Origin: a virus | Reading direction: 5' to 3' (one strand) | DNA length: 64,000 nucleotides | IMG/VR virus record: IMGVR_UViG_3300028800_000012 | Location: 1-64,000 of that record | Part shown: piece by piece, positions 9,223-18,395 of the stretch | How positions within the stretch are numbered: position 1 is the stretch's first letter | Layout: each line of letters begins with the position of its first letter | Notes under the pieces: model-generated | Database searches by the model: none | Told to the model about the DNA's origin: nothing | Seen by the model: the letters and a program-made list of their open reading frames with translations, nothing else | Position numbers and translations under genes: made by a program

Positions 9223-9478
9223 GCAATACAGGCGTCGGCTCTCAGGAGGATTATCGCTGTCCGATTAGGGGGCGGGCCAAAGGCTTAAGGTAAGGTCTAT
9301 GCCTGATGTGGCGTGCCTTGCCCGCCGTTCGTGAAACTTGTCCTACGTGAATTGCGGCTGCGCTCATTCGCCAATTCGCAATTCATCACGTTAGGTACAG
9401 ACTAAACTTGACCCCCGAAGAAATCAAGCATTAGTACATCGTTAGCGGCACTATTATCAATTTACGCTACTGGTAGCG
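9223..9478 (-). promoter_or_regulatory. Intergenic region upstream of the late/structural genes, with an inverted repeat
   Basis: 256-bp noncoding, lower-GC stretch. 8-bp inverted repeat GAATTGCG (9349..9356) / CGCAATTC (9377..9384). Promoter function is inferred from position only. Confidence 0.25.
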
Positions 9479-9733
9479 TTATTGCTCCGTCATTTTGATA
9501 ATCTCGGCACAAGCAACTGACGCATTGCGCGCGTTTTCTCTGAGTTGCTGCATGGCCTCGTATGTCTCGGCTGAGATTTCATAGGTCGTCCAGCGGTGAT
9601 TGCAGTCGAGACATGCGCGACGGCGGCGCAGGGGAGAATTGATGCCGCCACCGCTGGCGCGAGTTTCCAGTGGCTTGATTTTACTGCCGCGGCAATTCGG
9701 GCAGATGCGGGAGAAGGCGGGGAATGGGCGCAT
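9479..9733 (-). CDS. NrdR-like zinc-ribbon protein (possible late regulator)
   Basis: CPNCRGS...RRRRACLDCNHRWTTYE matches the N-terminal zinc-ribbon pattern of NrdR (CxxC...RRRxCxxC..FTTYE). Last gene before the structural module. Confidence 0.5.
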   Translation of the reverse strand: MRPFPAFSRICPNCRGSKIKPLETRASGGGINSPLRRRRACLDCNHRWTTYEISAETYEAMQQLRENARNASVACAEIIKMTEQ

Positions 9734-9736
9734 GGT

Positions 9737-10474
9737 CTAGACAGCATCCTTCCAAAGCCAGATCGGCTCAGACGTGATGCTGGTTGTCGTGTTCGGCAGA
9801 TACTTCCCGTCGATCTTGTCGGGGCGTACGTACTTCGCGAGGAAGTCCACGCGGCCCTCGCGCTCGACACGCCACACCGCGCCCTCCACGTCCTCTTTCG
9901 ATCCGTGCTGCCCGTATTGCCCGAGCAGCGCCAGCGCGTTCTCAACGGACAGGGGCTCGGCGCTATCGCTAATCAGGTGCGCGGTCGGAATCTCGGCTAC
10001 GGCGCACCGCTGCGCGAACTCGTCCCGAAGGATTCGCTTGCCCTCGCGGAAGATGTCGAAGGCGATGTAGGGCGCGAAGCGCGGATGCGCCGCGTCGTAC
10101 AGCGTGCCGTGCGCCATCGCCATCCACTCACCGCAGATGCGCTCTCCAGGGTGCAGCAGATCGGCAAACACGATGCGGCGCTTCTTGACGTAGGGCGCGA
10201 AGGCTTTCAGGTGCTCATAAAGGGCGTCGGCCGCGCGATAGCCGGCGCGGGATAGGGCGACGATCTCCCCGTCGATGTTGGCAACCGACATGCACGCGCC
10301 GTCCAGCTTTTCCGTAACGACAATTCGGTCGCCCTTGCGTGGTTTCTCGCAGCAGATGCGGGCCTGCCCTTCGTGTACGTGCCAGTCTCCGGGACCGAGA
10401 CGCGAGTTCGGCAGATGGCCGATGGAGCCGTACGCTTTCGATTTCAGCGGTTTGGCTGGCTTCACATTCATCAC
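9737..10474 (-). CDS. ATP-dependent RNA ligase family protein
   Basis: Nucleotidyltransferase motif I TEKLDG, then ICGEWMA and a later Lys-rich motif (FLAKYVRPDK). 245 aa. Confidence 0.65.
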   Translation of the reverse strand: MMNVKPAKPLKSKAYGSIGHLPNSRLGPGDWHVHEGQARICCEKPRKGDRIVVTEKLDGACMSVANIDGEIVALSRAGYRAADALYEHLKAFAPYVKKRRIVFADLLHPGERICGEWMAMAHGTLYDAAHPRFAPYIAFDIFREGKRILRDEFAQRCAVAEIPTAHLISDSAEPLSVENALALLGQYGQHGSKEDVEGAVWRVEREGRVDFLAKYVRPDKIDGKYLPNTTTSITSEPIWLWKDAV

Positions 10475-11139
10475 GCCGCCCTCCTGCTCGCCAGCCCGTA
10501 CACTTCGGCCAATGTATCAAGGCATAGCCTGAGAAAGTCGGCGCACCTACTTAGGCCGTGCTTGGTCTCCCAGCCGATGTGCCGACCATATTCGACCACT
10601 GTCTTGCGCTCTCCAATGATGTACCGGGCGCAGATCAACCCACCATGCCCCGTGCTGGCCTTTAGAGCGGCGTCGGCGCGGGACAGCCGACCGAATGCTG
10701 CCATCACAGCATCGCTCAACGGATCGCCGAGCCTGCCGCCGTCTACGGCCGGACGGGAATAATCGATCGCTCTGCCGCCCCCGAGCATGGAGGTGTCGAT
10801 ATCGTCCCGGTATTTCAGTCCGGCCATGCACTGCAGATCGGTAATGCGGCCACGCACGAACATAGTGCGGAGCGGGTCATCTCTGAGCGAGACGATAACA
10901 GATACTTTCGGCTGGCCGGGTGAGCGGAGTTCTGTCGCGGCGGCGCTCATGGGGCGGGAGTAGTCCCGCCGCTCTGCCGGCGCTTCCGCCGCAAACTCCC
11001 GAATCCCGAATGGATCGTCGACCGTGACAACTGCCACTTTGGCATTGAAGGGCAGGTCTTTGGCCCGGCGGTCATGCACCTGTGCCGATTTCTTTTTCGG
11101 CGATACCTTCGCCGCTTTCAGCTTCTTGCGCTTAGCCAT
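10471..11139 (-). CDS. Hypothetical protein with a basic N-terminus
   Basis: Start moved to the internal ATG (MAKRKKLKAAK...). The Arg-rich extension of track ORF 10471..11226 overlaps the upstream gene. Confidence 0.5.
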   Translation of the reverse strand: MAKRKKLKAAKVSPKKKSAQVHDRRAKDLPFNAKVAVVTVDDPFGIREFAAEAPAERRDYSRPMSAAATELRSPGQPKVSVIVSLRDDPLRTMFVRGRITDLQCMAGLKYRDDIDTSMLGGGRAIDYSRPAVDGGRLGDPLSDAVMAAFGRLSRADAALKASTGHGGLICARYIIGERKTVVEYGRHIGWETKHGLSRCADFLRLCLDTLAEVYGLASRRAA

Positions 11140-11503
11140 TTTCCCGCTCCGCCATATTGAGCGGCGCACTCGCCGCCAACGCCGTCCTTGCCTTCGCCTG
11201 CTGCTGCCACCTCTGGATTTCTTCAAGTTCTGCCGGCGAGCATTTCACTTCAACACCGCGCTCTCCGGTCGGTGGATTCACCATCTTGCGGAAATAGAGT
11301 TTTACGACCGGAAGTTCCAATGCCGTCTTTGGATACTCCCGATGCCGCATGAGTTCATGCATGGTCGGCGGCCCTGCGACTTCGGTGTGGTCCTCGCCGC
11401 GTCCTTCGAGAAAGGCTTGAATAGCGGATTTGACATCCGCCTCCGTGCCGATCAGCCAGCGCACAGGATCGGCGGCAAGAAGGCCCCAGGATTGCGCTGT
11501 CAT
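11132..11503 (-). CDS. Hypothetical protein (123 aa)
   Basis: Track ORF, coupled to its neighbours by short overlaps. Confidence 0.5.
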   Translation of the reverse strand: MTAQSWGLLAADPVRWLIGTEADVKSAIQAFLEGRGEDHTEVAGPPTMHELMRHREYPKTALELPVVKLYFRKMVNPPTGERGVEVKCSPAELEEIQRWQQQAKARTALAASAPLNMAERENG

Positions 11504-11811
11504 GCGGCTGCCTTTGTTTGATCCTTTGATGCGCGAATACGGTCTGCGACGATTTTCGCGTATCCTCCGATATCATCCCAATTATCGAGATATTCTCCGT
11601 CTCCGGTAACGATGCGGGAAATCTTCAATGCGATAAGGTCTAGCCCTTCCCGCACATCCACCGGCAAAGACTCCCACAACAATCCCTCATTATCCGGGTC
11701 TGGAATGTTTCGCATCGCTGCCTTAATATTCTGGGCGACGATGGCGTTATGCAGGAACGGTCCATAGACCGATCCGCGCTTCTTCGTGATTTCCGATACG
11801 ATATCAGGCAC
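11500..11811 (-). CDS. DUF6378-like phage protein
   Basis: KKRGSVYGPF...LIALKISRIV...DNWDDIGGYAKIV resembles the DUF6378 (SaV-like) pattern as I recall it. Confidence 0.5.
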   Translation of the reverse strand: MPDIVSEITKKRGSVYGPFLHNAIVAQNIKAAMRNIPDPDNEGLLWESLPVDVREGLDLIALKISRIVTGDGEYLDNWDDIGGYAKIVADRIRASKDQTKAAA

Positions 11812-12244
11812 CGATCAACTCCAATTCTACCCCAGCCTCCGCCAGAATTGCCGATGCGGAGGCGAGGCTGTCTTTCCATCTCTCTTGAAGATGTGGCGGG
11901 CATGCTGGCGCGACACAGCGTTTAATGCCTGCCTGGATCATGTGCGCCGCGCACCTGTCGCATGACATGAACGGCCATGTGTAGAGCGTGAAGCCGTGCA
12001 ACGGTTCTCGCGCCGCCAGGGCGGCGTTCATTTCGCAATGCACGGTGCGGATGTATTTCATATTGCGGTCGGCGTAGAGTTCTTCCGCGTCAGAACAGCC
12101 GCGCGGGAAACCATTAAACCCGACACTCGCAATTGTGCGATCCAGACGCACAATAACCGCGCCAGTCTGTGTGCTTGGGTCCTTCGACCATTGCGCTACG
12201 TGCTTCGCAAGATCAAGAAACCGAATATCCCATTTGTCGATCAT
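11804..12244 (-). CDS. dCMP deaminase
   Basis: Zinc motifs HCEMNA and SCDRCA (H-x-E ... C-x-x-C). 146 aa. Confidence 0.8.
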   Translation of the reverse strand: MIDKWDIRFLDLAKHVAQWSKDPSTQTGAVIVRLDRTIASVGFNGFPRGCSDAEELYADRNMKYIRTVHCEMNAALAAREPLHGFTLYTWPFMSCDRCAAHMIQAGIKRCVAPACPPHLQERWKDSLASASAILAEAGVELELIGA

Positions 12245-12253
12245 ATGTGCGTC

Positions 12254-13645
12254 TCAGTAGAACCAGGTTTTGGACTCATCAAATCGTACCGTTCTGATGC
12301 CGCGCCCTTTCCTGTGCCTGTGCTTGGCGAGAAGGAATTCGGCCTTGCCTTCCCAGTACATGACATCGGCCTCATAATCCCCTTCGTGCTTCGCGCCTTG
12401 TGTCGGCTTGATATCGGCCAGAATAACGGATGGCCGATGCACAATCACAACCGCGTCCGCTTCGTTCTCCATCGCCGACGAGCCGTACAGGCTGCGCATG
12501 CTCGGGCGGCGAATGTCCTTGGCCGTCTTTACCTGCGACAAGTCCTGCCGCGCGATGTGGCTCAATAAAATCCATGGCACGCCTAGCCGCTTCGCCATGT
12601 TCTTGTGATCGGAGACGATTTGTTCAAGCCTCACGCGCTCGTCGGCGCGGCCGTCATTCGCCCGCACCTTGCGCATGTGATCCGTAATGAATAGGCGGAC
12701 GCCGTATTTGGCCTGATCGCGCGATGCCCGAGTCAAGAGCGTTGAGGTCATCGGAGACGGCCGGTCGTCGACGTAGATCGGCAACTTGGAGAATCGCCGC
12801 TGCATCTCGATCAGGCGCTCCATCTCCGCATCGTTGAGATCGGCATCCTTGATCTTGTAAGCTGGAATTTCGGAAAAGCTCGCGAGCGCACGTTCGCCGA
12901 GTTCATCAGCTTGCATTTCGAGAGAAAAGATTTTGATCGGAATGGCTTTCTGCGCCAGCATAATGCAGAGCTGCAACGCGAGGCTCGTCTTGCCGCTGCC
13001 GGCTTCGCCGCCGATGACAATGAGATTCCCCGGACTGAGCGGCCCGACGAGTTCATCGAACGCGTTCAGCCCCGTCTCTAGTCCGGCGGGCTTGTCAGAC
13101 GTTCTGATTTCTCCGGCGCGGGTTACGACGCGGGACAGAACTCCGTTGAAGTCTATTCCATCATCGCCGGGATCGGTGCCGACCAGTTGCAAGCGGCGCT
13201 GGGCGTCGGCAATGATTTCTGTGGAGCGGCCCAGCTCCGCATTGCGCATTTGATCCGAAAGCCATTCGGCTTCCTGGATGGCGTGCCGCCGTCGCGCCGC
13301 ATCCAATACGGCATCAACAAAATCCTCTATTCCTCCTTCCGGCGCTTCGGCGATAAGAGCCGCGAGATAGGCAGGCAAGCTTATGTCATCGGCCTCACTG
13401 TCGCCGACAACGGACGGCACGAGTTGCTTCAATAGCGGAGAGCCGCGATCGGCGAGAACTCTTAGTGCCTTGAATACGGCCTTGTTGCGCGGCTCCACAA
13501 AATGCTCAACGGATAGCCTGTCAGCTACGTCATACCAAAGCCGACCGTCGCAGAGAATTTTTCCCAACACGCAGCGTTCCGCACTCGGGTTGGCGAGTGC
13601 CGGCGGCGGCGCATATTGTTCTTTCTTTTTTGCCGCGTAACTCAT
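12254..13645 (-). CDS. dnaB: Replicative DNA helicase, DnaB-like
   Basis: Walker A GGEAGSGKTSLALQL, Walker B FITDHM, DnaB-type N-terminal domain. 463 aa. Confidence 0.9.
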   Translation of the reverse strand: MSYAAKKKEQYAPPPALANPSAERCVLGKILCDGRLWYDVADRLSVEHFVEPRNKAVFKALRVLADRGSPLLKQLVPSVVGDSEADDISLPAYLAALIAEAPEGGIEDFVDAVLDAARRRHAIQEAEWLSDQMRNAELGRSTEIIADAQRRLQLVGTDPGDDGIDFNGVLSRVVTRAGEIRTSDKPAGLETGLNAFDELVGPLSPGNLIVIGGEAGSGKTSLALQLCIMLAQKAIPIKIFSLEMQADELGERALASFSEIPAYKIKDADLNDAEMERLIEMQRRFSKLPIYVDDRPSPMTSTLLTRASRDQAKYGVRLFITDHMRKVRANDGRADERVRLEQIVSDHKNMAKRLGVPWILLSHIARQDLSQVKTAKDIRRPSMRSLYGSSAMENEADAVVIVHRPSVILADIKPTQGAKHEGDYEADVMYWEGKAEFLLAKHRHRKGRGIRTVRFDESKTWFY

Positions 13646-14682
13646 GCTGCGTTTTCGACTTTCTTTGCCGCCATCAGCACGTCATTCCAATCACGCCCTA
13701 AGTCCGGCTGCTGTATCGTGACCTTGCGGCCTTCGCGCTCCAGCCTGACTTTCAATTCTTGCGCCGCTGTCAGCCCCGGAGACGGCATCCATTGTGTCCG
13801 GCCATTCTTCGGGGATTTAGGCGGGTCAGCATCGGCGTACACATGCACGCATTCGACTTCCGGCGGCAAGACAATCGATTTGAGTCCGGACGTACTGAGG
13901 CAGGCCCACACCGGCCATCCGCCGCCGACCAATTCGCGCACGGCAAGCGACGTTTCCAATCCCTCCGCCAGCCCGATCGTCGGCCATACTCCACCTATTC
14001 TGCATGCGCCACCCGCGACGTTGCCGAGCCCAAGCCGCGTTTTGCCGACCGGGGCCTTGCCGCTTCCATCAGGCTTGAGAAATATCCTCCAAATTCCCAC
14101 GCCTTCGCCATCGGCATTGCTCACTCTGGCGACGACGGCAGGGAATGTGCCGCCGTCCGGATGCTTCAACCCAGGATGAAAACGCAATTGATCGTCGGCG
14201 ACACTCGGATCGATGCCGCGCGAGCGCAAATACCGGAAGGCGATCTCGCCAAGCGGCCCTGACGATGCCCATATCCCCTTCGCAGTTTCCAGTCGGCGAG
14301 ACTTGTCGTGCTCTAGTTCTTGCTCACGCTTACGGGCGGCTGCCTCGCTTTGCTTTCTGCACTTCTCCCGTTCCTGCGGCGACATTTTGGAAACTGTCTT
14401 GCCGATGATGAAGTGGCAGGCGTCCTTGAAGCCGATGCCCCTGACATGCATGACAAGGCCGATCTGGTGGCCGTTCTTCGGCTGGCAGCCGCGGCAGCCG
14501 TATTTATTTTTGGCGAAGTTGATCCAGAAGCGGTCTTTTCCACCACAGACAGGACACGGCCCCGCGACGGAATGCATGCCGTCTTTCTTCATATTCGGAA
14601 TGCCGAGCATGGCGTAGACTTCGGCGATTGTTCTCGCCTTGGCTTCACGCATCCAGTCGGGTTCGGGGCCGGTGTATGTCAT
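13642..14682 (-). CDS. DNA primase (zinc-finger plus Toprim)
   Basis: Start moved to MTYTGPEPDW. CPVCGGKDRF...YGCRGC zinc motif. The Toprim-like C-terminus has AEGLETSLA and YADAD. ATGA-coupled to dnaB. Confidence 0.7.
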   Translation of the reverse strand: MTYTGPEPDWMREAKARTIAEVYAMLGIPNMKKDGMHSVAGPCPVCGGKDRFWINFAKNKYGCRGCQPKNGHQIGLVMHVRGIGFKDACHFIIGKTVSKMSPQEREKCRKQSEAAARKREQELEHDKSRRLETAKGIWASSGPLGEIAFRYLRSRGIDPSVADDQLRFHPGLKHPDGGTFPAVVARVSNADGEGVGIWRIFLKPDGSGKAPVGKTRLGLGNVAGGACRIGGVWPTIGLAEGLETSLAVRELVGGGWPVWACLSTSGLKSIVLPPEVECVHVYADADPPKSPKNGRTQWMPSPGLTAAQELKVRLEREGRKVTIQQPDLGRDWNDVLMAAKKVENAA

Positions 14683-14714
14683 TTTGTTGTGCGATGACTC
14701 ACCGCGTTGACATT

Positions 14715-15071
14715 TCAAAGATGGAACGCTCGCTTCGCGATCCAGAGGTCCGGGTGCGAGATAGTCGTCCACGTCCACGGGTCGATCCACGACCAAACGC
14801 CGATACAGAACGGGATCAGGCCAATCAGTCCGATAAGAACCGCGCCGGCATACGCCAGTTCGGAATCCGAGTATGGGCCTCGGTCGGCGTCTCCTGCCTT
14901 CCGCCAAATCCAACGGGCGAGGAGCATCAAAGCAATCCCGATGCAGACCGTCATAAACCCTGAGACGAGCTGAGAGATCGCCTCCATCCGGGCGGCGGAC
15001 TTAGCGGCGTCCGCGACGGCGGGGCCGTACTTCTCCGCTAGATCGGCAAAGCGTTTTGCGAGTTCGTCCAC
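14715..15071 (-). CDS. Membrane protein (118 aa)
   Basis: Two or three clear TM segments (VSGFMTVCIGIALMLLA, AGAVLIGLIGLIPFCIGVW). Confidence 0.55.
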   Translation of the reverse strand: MDELAKRFADLAEKYGPAVADAAKSAARMEAISQLVSGFMTVCIGIALMLLARWIWRKAGDADRGPYSDSELAYAGAVLIGLIGLIPFCIGVWSWIDPWTWTTISHPDLWIAKRAFHL

Positions 15072-15112
15072 ATCGGCCCCCTATATGCTTTAGATCGCGT
15101 TCATTTCTCGTT

Positions 15113-15490
15113 TCAGGCGCTTTCCAATTCCAGCGTTACCGGATCGCACAGAACGACCATCTTCTTTTGCGCTTTGAAGTCGGCAATCTCGCCGCACACG
15201 CCATCCGATTCTTGCCACCCTTCGAATTTAGCAACCACACAGCCGCCGCACGTTTCGATGAACGGAAGATTGAACTTGCGCCAGAACTTCGCGTTGGCGG
15301 TCGGAAGGTCGCCATGCGTCGTCATGCCGTGAAAGTGCGCGATCGGAGAAAAGATGACGGTCTTGTACCGACGATGCAGTTGCGCCGATAACCGGCACGC
15401 ATCCAGATACGCGCCGACGTGCCCGCGTACATAATGCGTATATGGCTGGGCGAGATAGATCGGCGCCCGCATGGACGTGAGGCCGCTCAT
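15113..15490 (-). CDS. DUF1937 (nucleoside 2-deoxyribosyltransferase-like) protein
   Basis: Start moved to MSGLTSMRAPIYLAQPYTH. FSPIAHFH and GWQESDGVCGEI match the DUF1937 pattern. Confidence 0.6.
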   Translation of the reverse strand: MSGLTSMRAPIYLAQPYTHYVRGHVGAYLDACRLSAQLHRRYKTVIFSPIAHFHGMTTHGDLPTANAKFWRKFNLPFIETCGGCVVAKFEGWQESDGVCGEIADFKAQKKMVVLCDPVTLELESA

Positions 15491-15702
15491 GCCGCCTCCG
15501 CCGACCACTTGCCGGGAGAAAAACATACTTCGCAATGCTCCCGGCAATAACTGTAGTTTTTGAACGTCTGAGCTCCGCAGAACCGCGACTCTCCATTCCA
15601 CCGATCAATGATATAGCGGCAATCCCGCATGCCGAGATCGAATAGCCGCACGCCAGCCGGGCCTTCCATGAAATCGAAACCTGCGAAACTTAACTGTTGC
15701 AT
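15487..15702 (-). CDS. GcrA C-terminal-domain-like small protein
   Basis: 71 aa. DCRYIIDRWNGESRFCGAQTFKNYSYCREHCEVCF resembles the conserved Cys-containing C-terminal region of alphaproteobacterial GcrA. Confidence 0.55.
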   Translation of the reverse strand: MQQLSFAGFDFMEGPAGVRLFDLGMRDCRYIIDRWNGESRFCGAQTFKNYSYCREHCEVCFSPGKWSAEAA

Positions 15703-15741
15703 GGATCGGCAACTGTAGCGCCGTGTGGATGAGATTTTAAC

Positions 15742-16302
15742 TTAGCGCGCTTCGTGTTCGGAACGAAGCGCATTCAGCTTTTGATAAAGCGCACTACGAT
15801 GAAACGGCGGATCGCCAAGTAGTGACGCCGCCGAGAACCTATCCACCGACAAGGCCAGCTCGCGCTCTGCCCAGACATGCGCCGGCACATCGATCCGATC
15901 CGGATCGAGAAACCCATAGAGCTGCAACGGGATGGCTTTCTTGCGCTCGATCTCTTGCGGCCGGAATACGCGGTCCAACTGCACCCGCTGAATGCCCATC
16001 TGCTTGGCGACGGTGCCCCAATCCAGATTGCCGTTTTTATTGCCAGTGGCGCGGAGATACTTGGCCTGTTCGATCTGCTCCGGAGTCAAATCTGGCGCGC
16101 GGTTGAACCCATAACGCCGCTTCAATGCCGGCGGCGCCTGTTTAAAAAACCGATGCTGACATGCCGATCTACTCCGCCCTGGGAATATCGACGCCACCCG
16201 GCCCCACTCTGGCCCGAACTTGCGTACTGCTGCTAATAATCGCCATGTCTCTTTCTTTGACCATTTCGGCGACGCGGGTCTAGAACTGCCAATTGTCGTC
16301 AT
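15742..16302 (-). CDS. Myb/SANT-like DNA-binding domain protein
   Basis: WSKKETWRLLAAVRKFGPEWGRVASIFPGRSRSACQHRF fits the Myb/SANT tryptophan-repeat pattern. 186 aa. Confidence 0.55.
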   Translation of the reverse strand: MTTIGSSRPASPKWSKKETWRLLAAVRKFGPEWGRVASIFPGRSRSACQHRFFKQAPPALKRRYGFNRAPDLTPEQIEQAKYLRATGNKNGNLDWGTVAKQMGIQRVQLDRVFRPQEIERKKAIPLQLYGFLDPDRIDVPAHVWAERELALSVDRFSAASLLGDPPFHRSALYQKLNALRSEHEAR

Positions 16303-16312
16303 TGCTCACCCT

Positions 16313-16846
16313 CTATGCAGCACGTAAAAGCGGCATTGACAGCACCGCGTAATCCGGATCGAGCCGACACCGAATCGTATCAAGAATTGCTAATGCGTCG
16401 GCAGCGTTGTCGTTTTTTGGCTCATAGCCGCGCGCCCGGCACTCATCCACACAGCGGCGCTTGAGCCAAACCCGGCGCTTGTTCTTGTCGGTGATTGTTT
16501 TCGGCGCGCGTGTGACTCCAAGGAAATGCGACCGCCATGTTACTTCCGCCACCGGCCAGAGATTCAGTCGCCGCCGCGCGACGATCTCATGCACCCTGAG
16601 ATAGCAGCCCTGGAGCCAGACTGTTGTGTCGATATTGGTTGCTCCATGGATCGGCACCGGCGGCTCTACGGCCAGATCGGTTATTTCATATTTTCCGATG
16701 ATGCCGTTGAGCCAGTCTGAGAATGCGGCAGCCTTATCGCCCATTGTGCCGATGAATTTGACAGAGCCGTACTCCCCGCCGGTTTCTCCGCCGATCCATG
16801 TTGCCCACCCAGTACAGGAAGCGATGTCGAGCGCGACGACTTTCAT
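16313..16846 (-). CDS. RuvC-like Holliday junction resolvase
   Basis: Start moved to MKVVALDIASCTGWA, the first catalytic Asp motif. Later acidic residues include NDNAADALA. Confidence 0.65.
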   Translation of the reverse strand: MKVVALDIASCTGWATWIGGETGGEYGSVKFIGTMGDKAAAFSDWLNGIIGKYEITDLAVEPPVPIHGATNIDTTVWLQGCYLRVHEIVARRRLNLWPVAEVTWRSHFLGVTRAPKTITDKNKRRVWLKRRCVDECRARGYEPKNDNAADALAILDTIRCRLDPDYAVLSMPLLRAA

Positions 16847-17100
16847 TGCGCTGTTGTACCCGCCTTCGGAGTTATCAACGGTTCGGCTAAACTGTCGGCA
16901 ATTTTCTGAAAGCAGTCGTAGGCACCCTTCTCGCCGACCAACAGCCGCGCATAGACGCTCATTCCAGCAAGCGCGGCGCCGAGCCACGCAGCCGACACTT
17001 CCTTGCCGAAATGCTTTTCGATTTCGGCCGGCGCATGCACGCCGAACCGCAAGCCGTTCTCGACGATTTGTTCTTTCGTCAGCGGCACCGTAATCCCCAA
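16843..17100 (-). CDS. Hypothetical protein (85 aa)
   Basis: Track ORF, ATGA-coupled to the resolvase gene. Confidence 0.45.
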   Translation of the reverse strand: MGITVPLTKEQIVENGLRFGVHAPAEIEKHFGKEVSAAWLGAALAGMSVYARLLVGEKGAYDCFQKIADSLAEPLITPKAGTTAQ

Positions 17101-17151
17101 CTGATGCCGATGGCGCGCGTGAGGCCGCGCCGGTCCTAAGCGGCTGTACTG

Positions 17152-17337
17152 CTACACAAGCCCGACGATGCGGGCCGCGATGTAGGCGGCAAATGAACTT
17201 GCCGGCATCGCAATAAGGAAGAACATCGTCTCCGCTTCATGCTGGCTTTGCGGAGAATTGCGCGCGAGCCCGTATAGGCCGCCGCAGAAGATAATCGCCG
17301 CTAGAATCCAGATCGGCGCCGATATGAACCACCACAT
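17152..17337 (-). CDS. Small two-TM membrane protein (61 aa)
   Basis: MWWFISAPIWILAAIIFCGGLYGLA...FFLIAMPASSFAAYIAARIVGLV. Confidence 0.5.
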   Translation of the reverse strand: MWWFISAPIWILAAIIFCGGLYGLARNSPQSQHEAETMFFLIAMPASSFAAYIAARIVGLV

Positions 17338-17349
17338 TTGAACGTTCCC

Positions 17350-17841
17350 CTACTTCCCCGCCGCAATAACGCCGTGCATGTCGTGCTTGATCGCCGACGT
17401 GACCAATTCCAATTCGTCGGCCTCTTTGAGAACTTCCCTAGCCTCACGCGGCGTGACCTGCCCGTCCGCCGCCGATTCCAAAATCTTGGCTACCATCTCG
17501 CCGCCTTCACGCGCCGCATAACCGGCTTTGACCGACAGACCGGAAACGATTGCCGCCGAATGCAGCGGCACAAGATCAAAGCCAAGCAGCCGCGCATAGG
17601 TGCGCAAAATCGTATGGTCGCCGGTCATGGTATCAAGATCGAGTGCCACATCGAGCGGCAGGAAATTGTTTTCGCGCGGATTGCCGGCACGTGAGATCGT
17701 CCCCGCGTCGAGCCGGGTCCGCTTCGCCACACAGCCGAGCGATTGCCCTGCCAGTTCGGCGGCGAGCTTGGTTGCCGTTTTCAGCGCCAGATAGTCGGCA
17801 CTGGAATGAGGCCGCGTCGTCCGTTCCTTCACGTCAAGCAT
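17350..17841 (-). CDS. CII-like (CP76-type) phage regulatory protein
   Basis: Layout resembles the phage 186/P2-type CII family, with a C-terminal DGQVTPREAREVLKE motif. Position downstream of cro. Confidence 0.5.
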   Translation of the reverse strand: MLDVKERTTRPHSSADYLALKTATKLAAELAGQSLGCVAKRTRLDAGTISRAGNPRENNFLPLDVALDLDTMTGDHTILRTYARLLGFDLVPLHSAAIVSGLSVKAGYAAREGGEMVAKILESAADGQVTPREAREVLKEADELELVTSAIKHDMHGVIAAGK

Positions 17842-17871
17842 AACTTCCCCCCTACCCCATTCTTGCTTTGT

Positions 17872-18186
17872 TCAAGTTCCGAATTGAATGGCGCGTTGCT
17901 GCGATGCCGTACACACTCGGCGCACTGCCGTAACGAGTGTCGCCGCCATGCGTACCGAATTAAAAAAAGCCGGGGTCACTTCCGCCCGAATGCGGGAGCG
18001 CCCCGGCATAGTTGCCGCGCCGTACAGGGAGGAATCGCCGACTGAGCGAGACGCGGGGTTGCGGCACATCGGCGAGATCGCCGACGCAATCGTGCAAGGG
18101 TTGGTCCGGCGGCGGAACGCGATACCGTCAACGCCGCCGAGCCAATCCAGCGAACCGGATGCGAGTTGAGGAGCCGGACTGGTCAT
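17872..18186 (-). CDS. Hypothetical protein (104 aa)
   Basis: ATGA-coupled to the cro stop. Third-position GC is high in this frame by eye. Confidence 0.4.
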   Translation of the reverse strand: MTSPAPQLASGSLDWLGGVDGIAFRRRTNPCTIASAISPMCRNPASRSVGDSSLYGAATMPGRSRIRAEVTPAFFNSVRMAATLVTAVRRVCTASQQRAIQFGT

Positions 18187-18395
18187 GACACGGCATCCTC
18201 GAAAATATCCGGCCGCAGTTTTTCCTTGGGAATTTTTCCGCTCGTCGCAGCGTCAATGGCCTTCGCCATCTTCGGGCTTACCGAGCCGCGCTGCTTGGCC
18301 TGCCAGATCGCATTCTGGGAGTAACCGGTGAGACGACCCAAAGCCGCCTCGGACCCGGCAATCTTAACGGCAGCGTCGAGCAATTCACGGACCAT
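18183..18395 (-). CDS. cro: Cro/YdaS-like HTH regulator
   Basis: Start moved to the ATG at 18395 behind GGAGG (MVRELLDAAVKIAGSEAALGRLTGYSQNAIWQAKQRG...). Divergent from the cI-like gene. Confidence 0.7.
   Translation of the reverse strand: MVRELLDAAVKIAGSEAALGRLTGYSQNAIWQAKQRGSVSPKMAKAIDAATSGKIPKEKLRPDIFEDAVS

Noticed and set aside
13642-14913. Full 423-aa version of the primase ORF. The same applies to the long versions of 15113..15601, 16313..16987, 18328..19167, 25460..26005 and 37853..38527
   Set aside because: The N-terminal extensions are Arg-rich, overlap upstream genes that have better coding signatures, and precede internal ATGs coupled (ATGA) to the upstream stop. The shorter starts were adopted.
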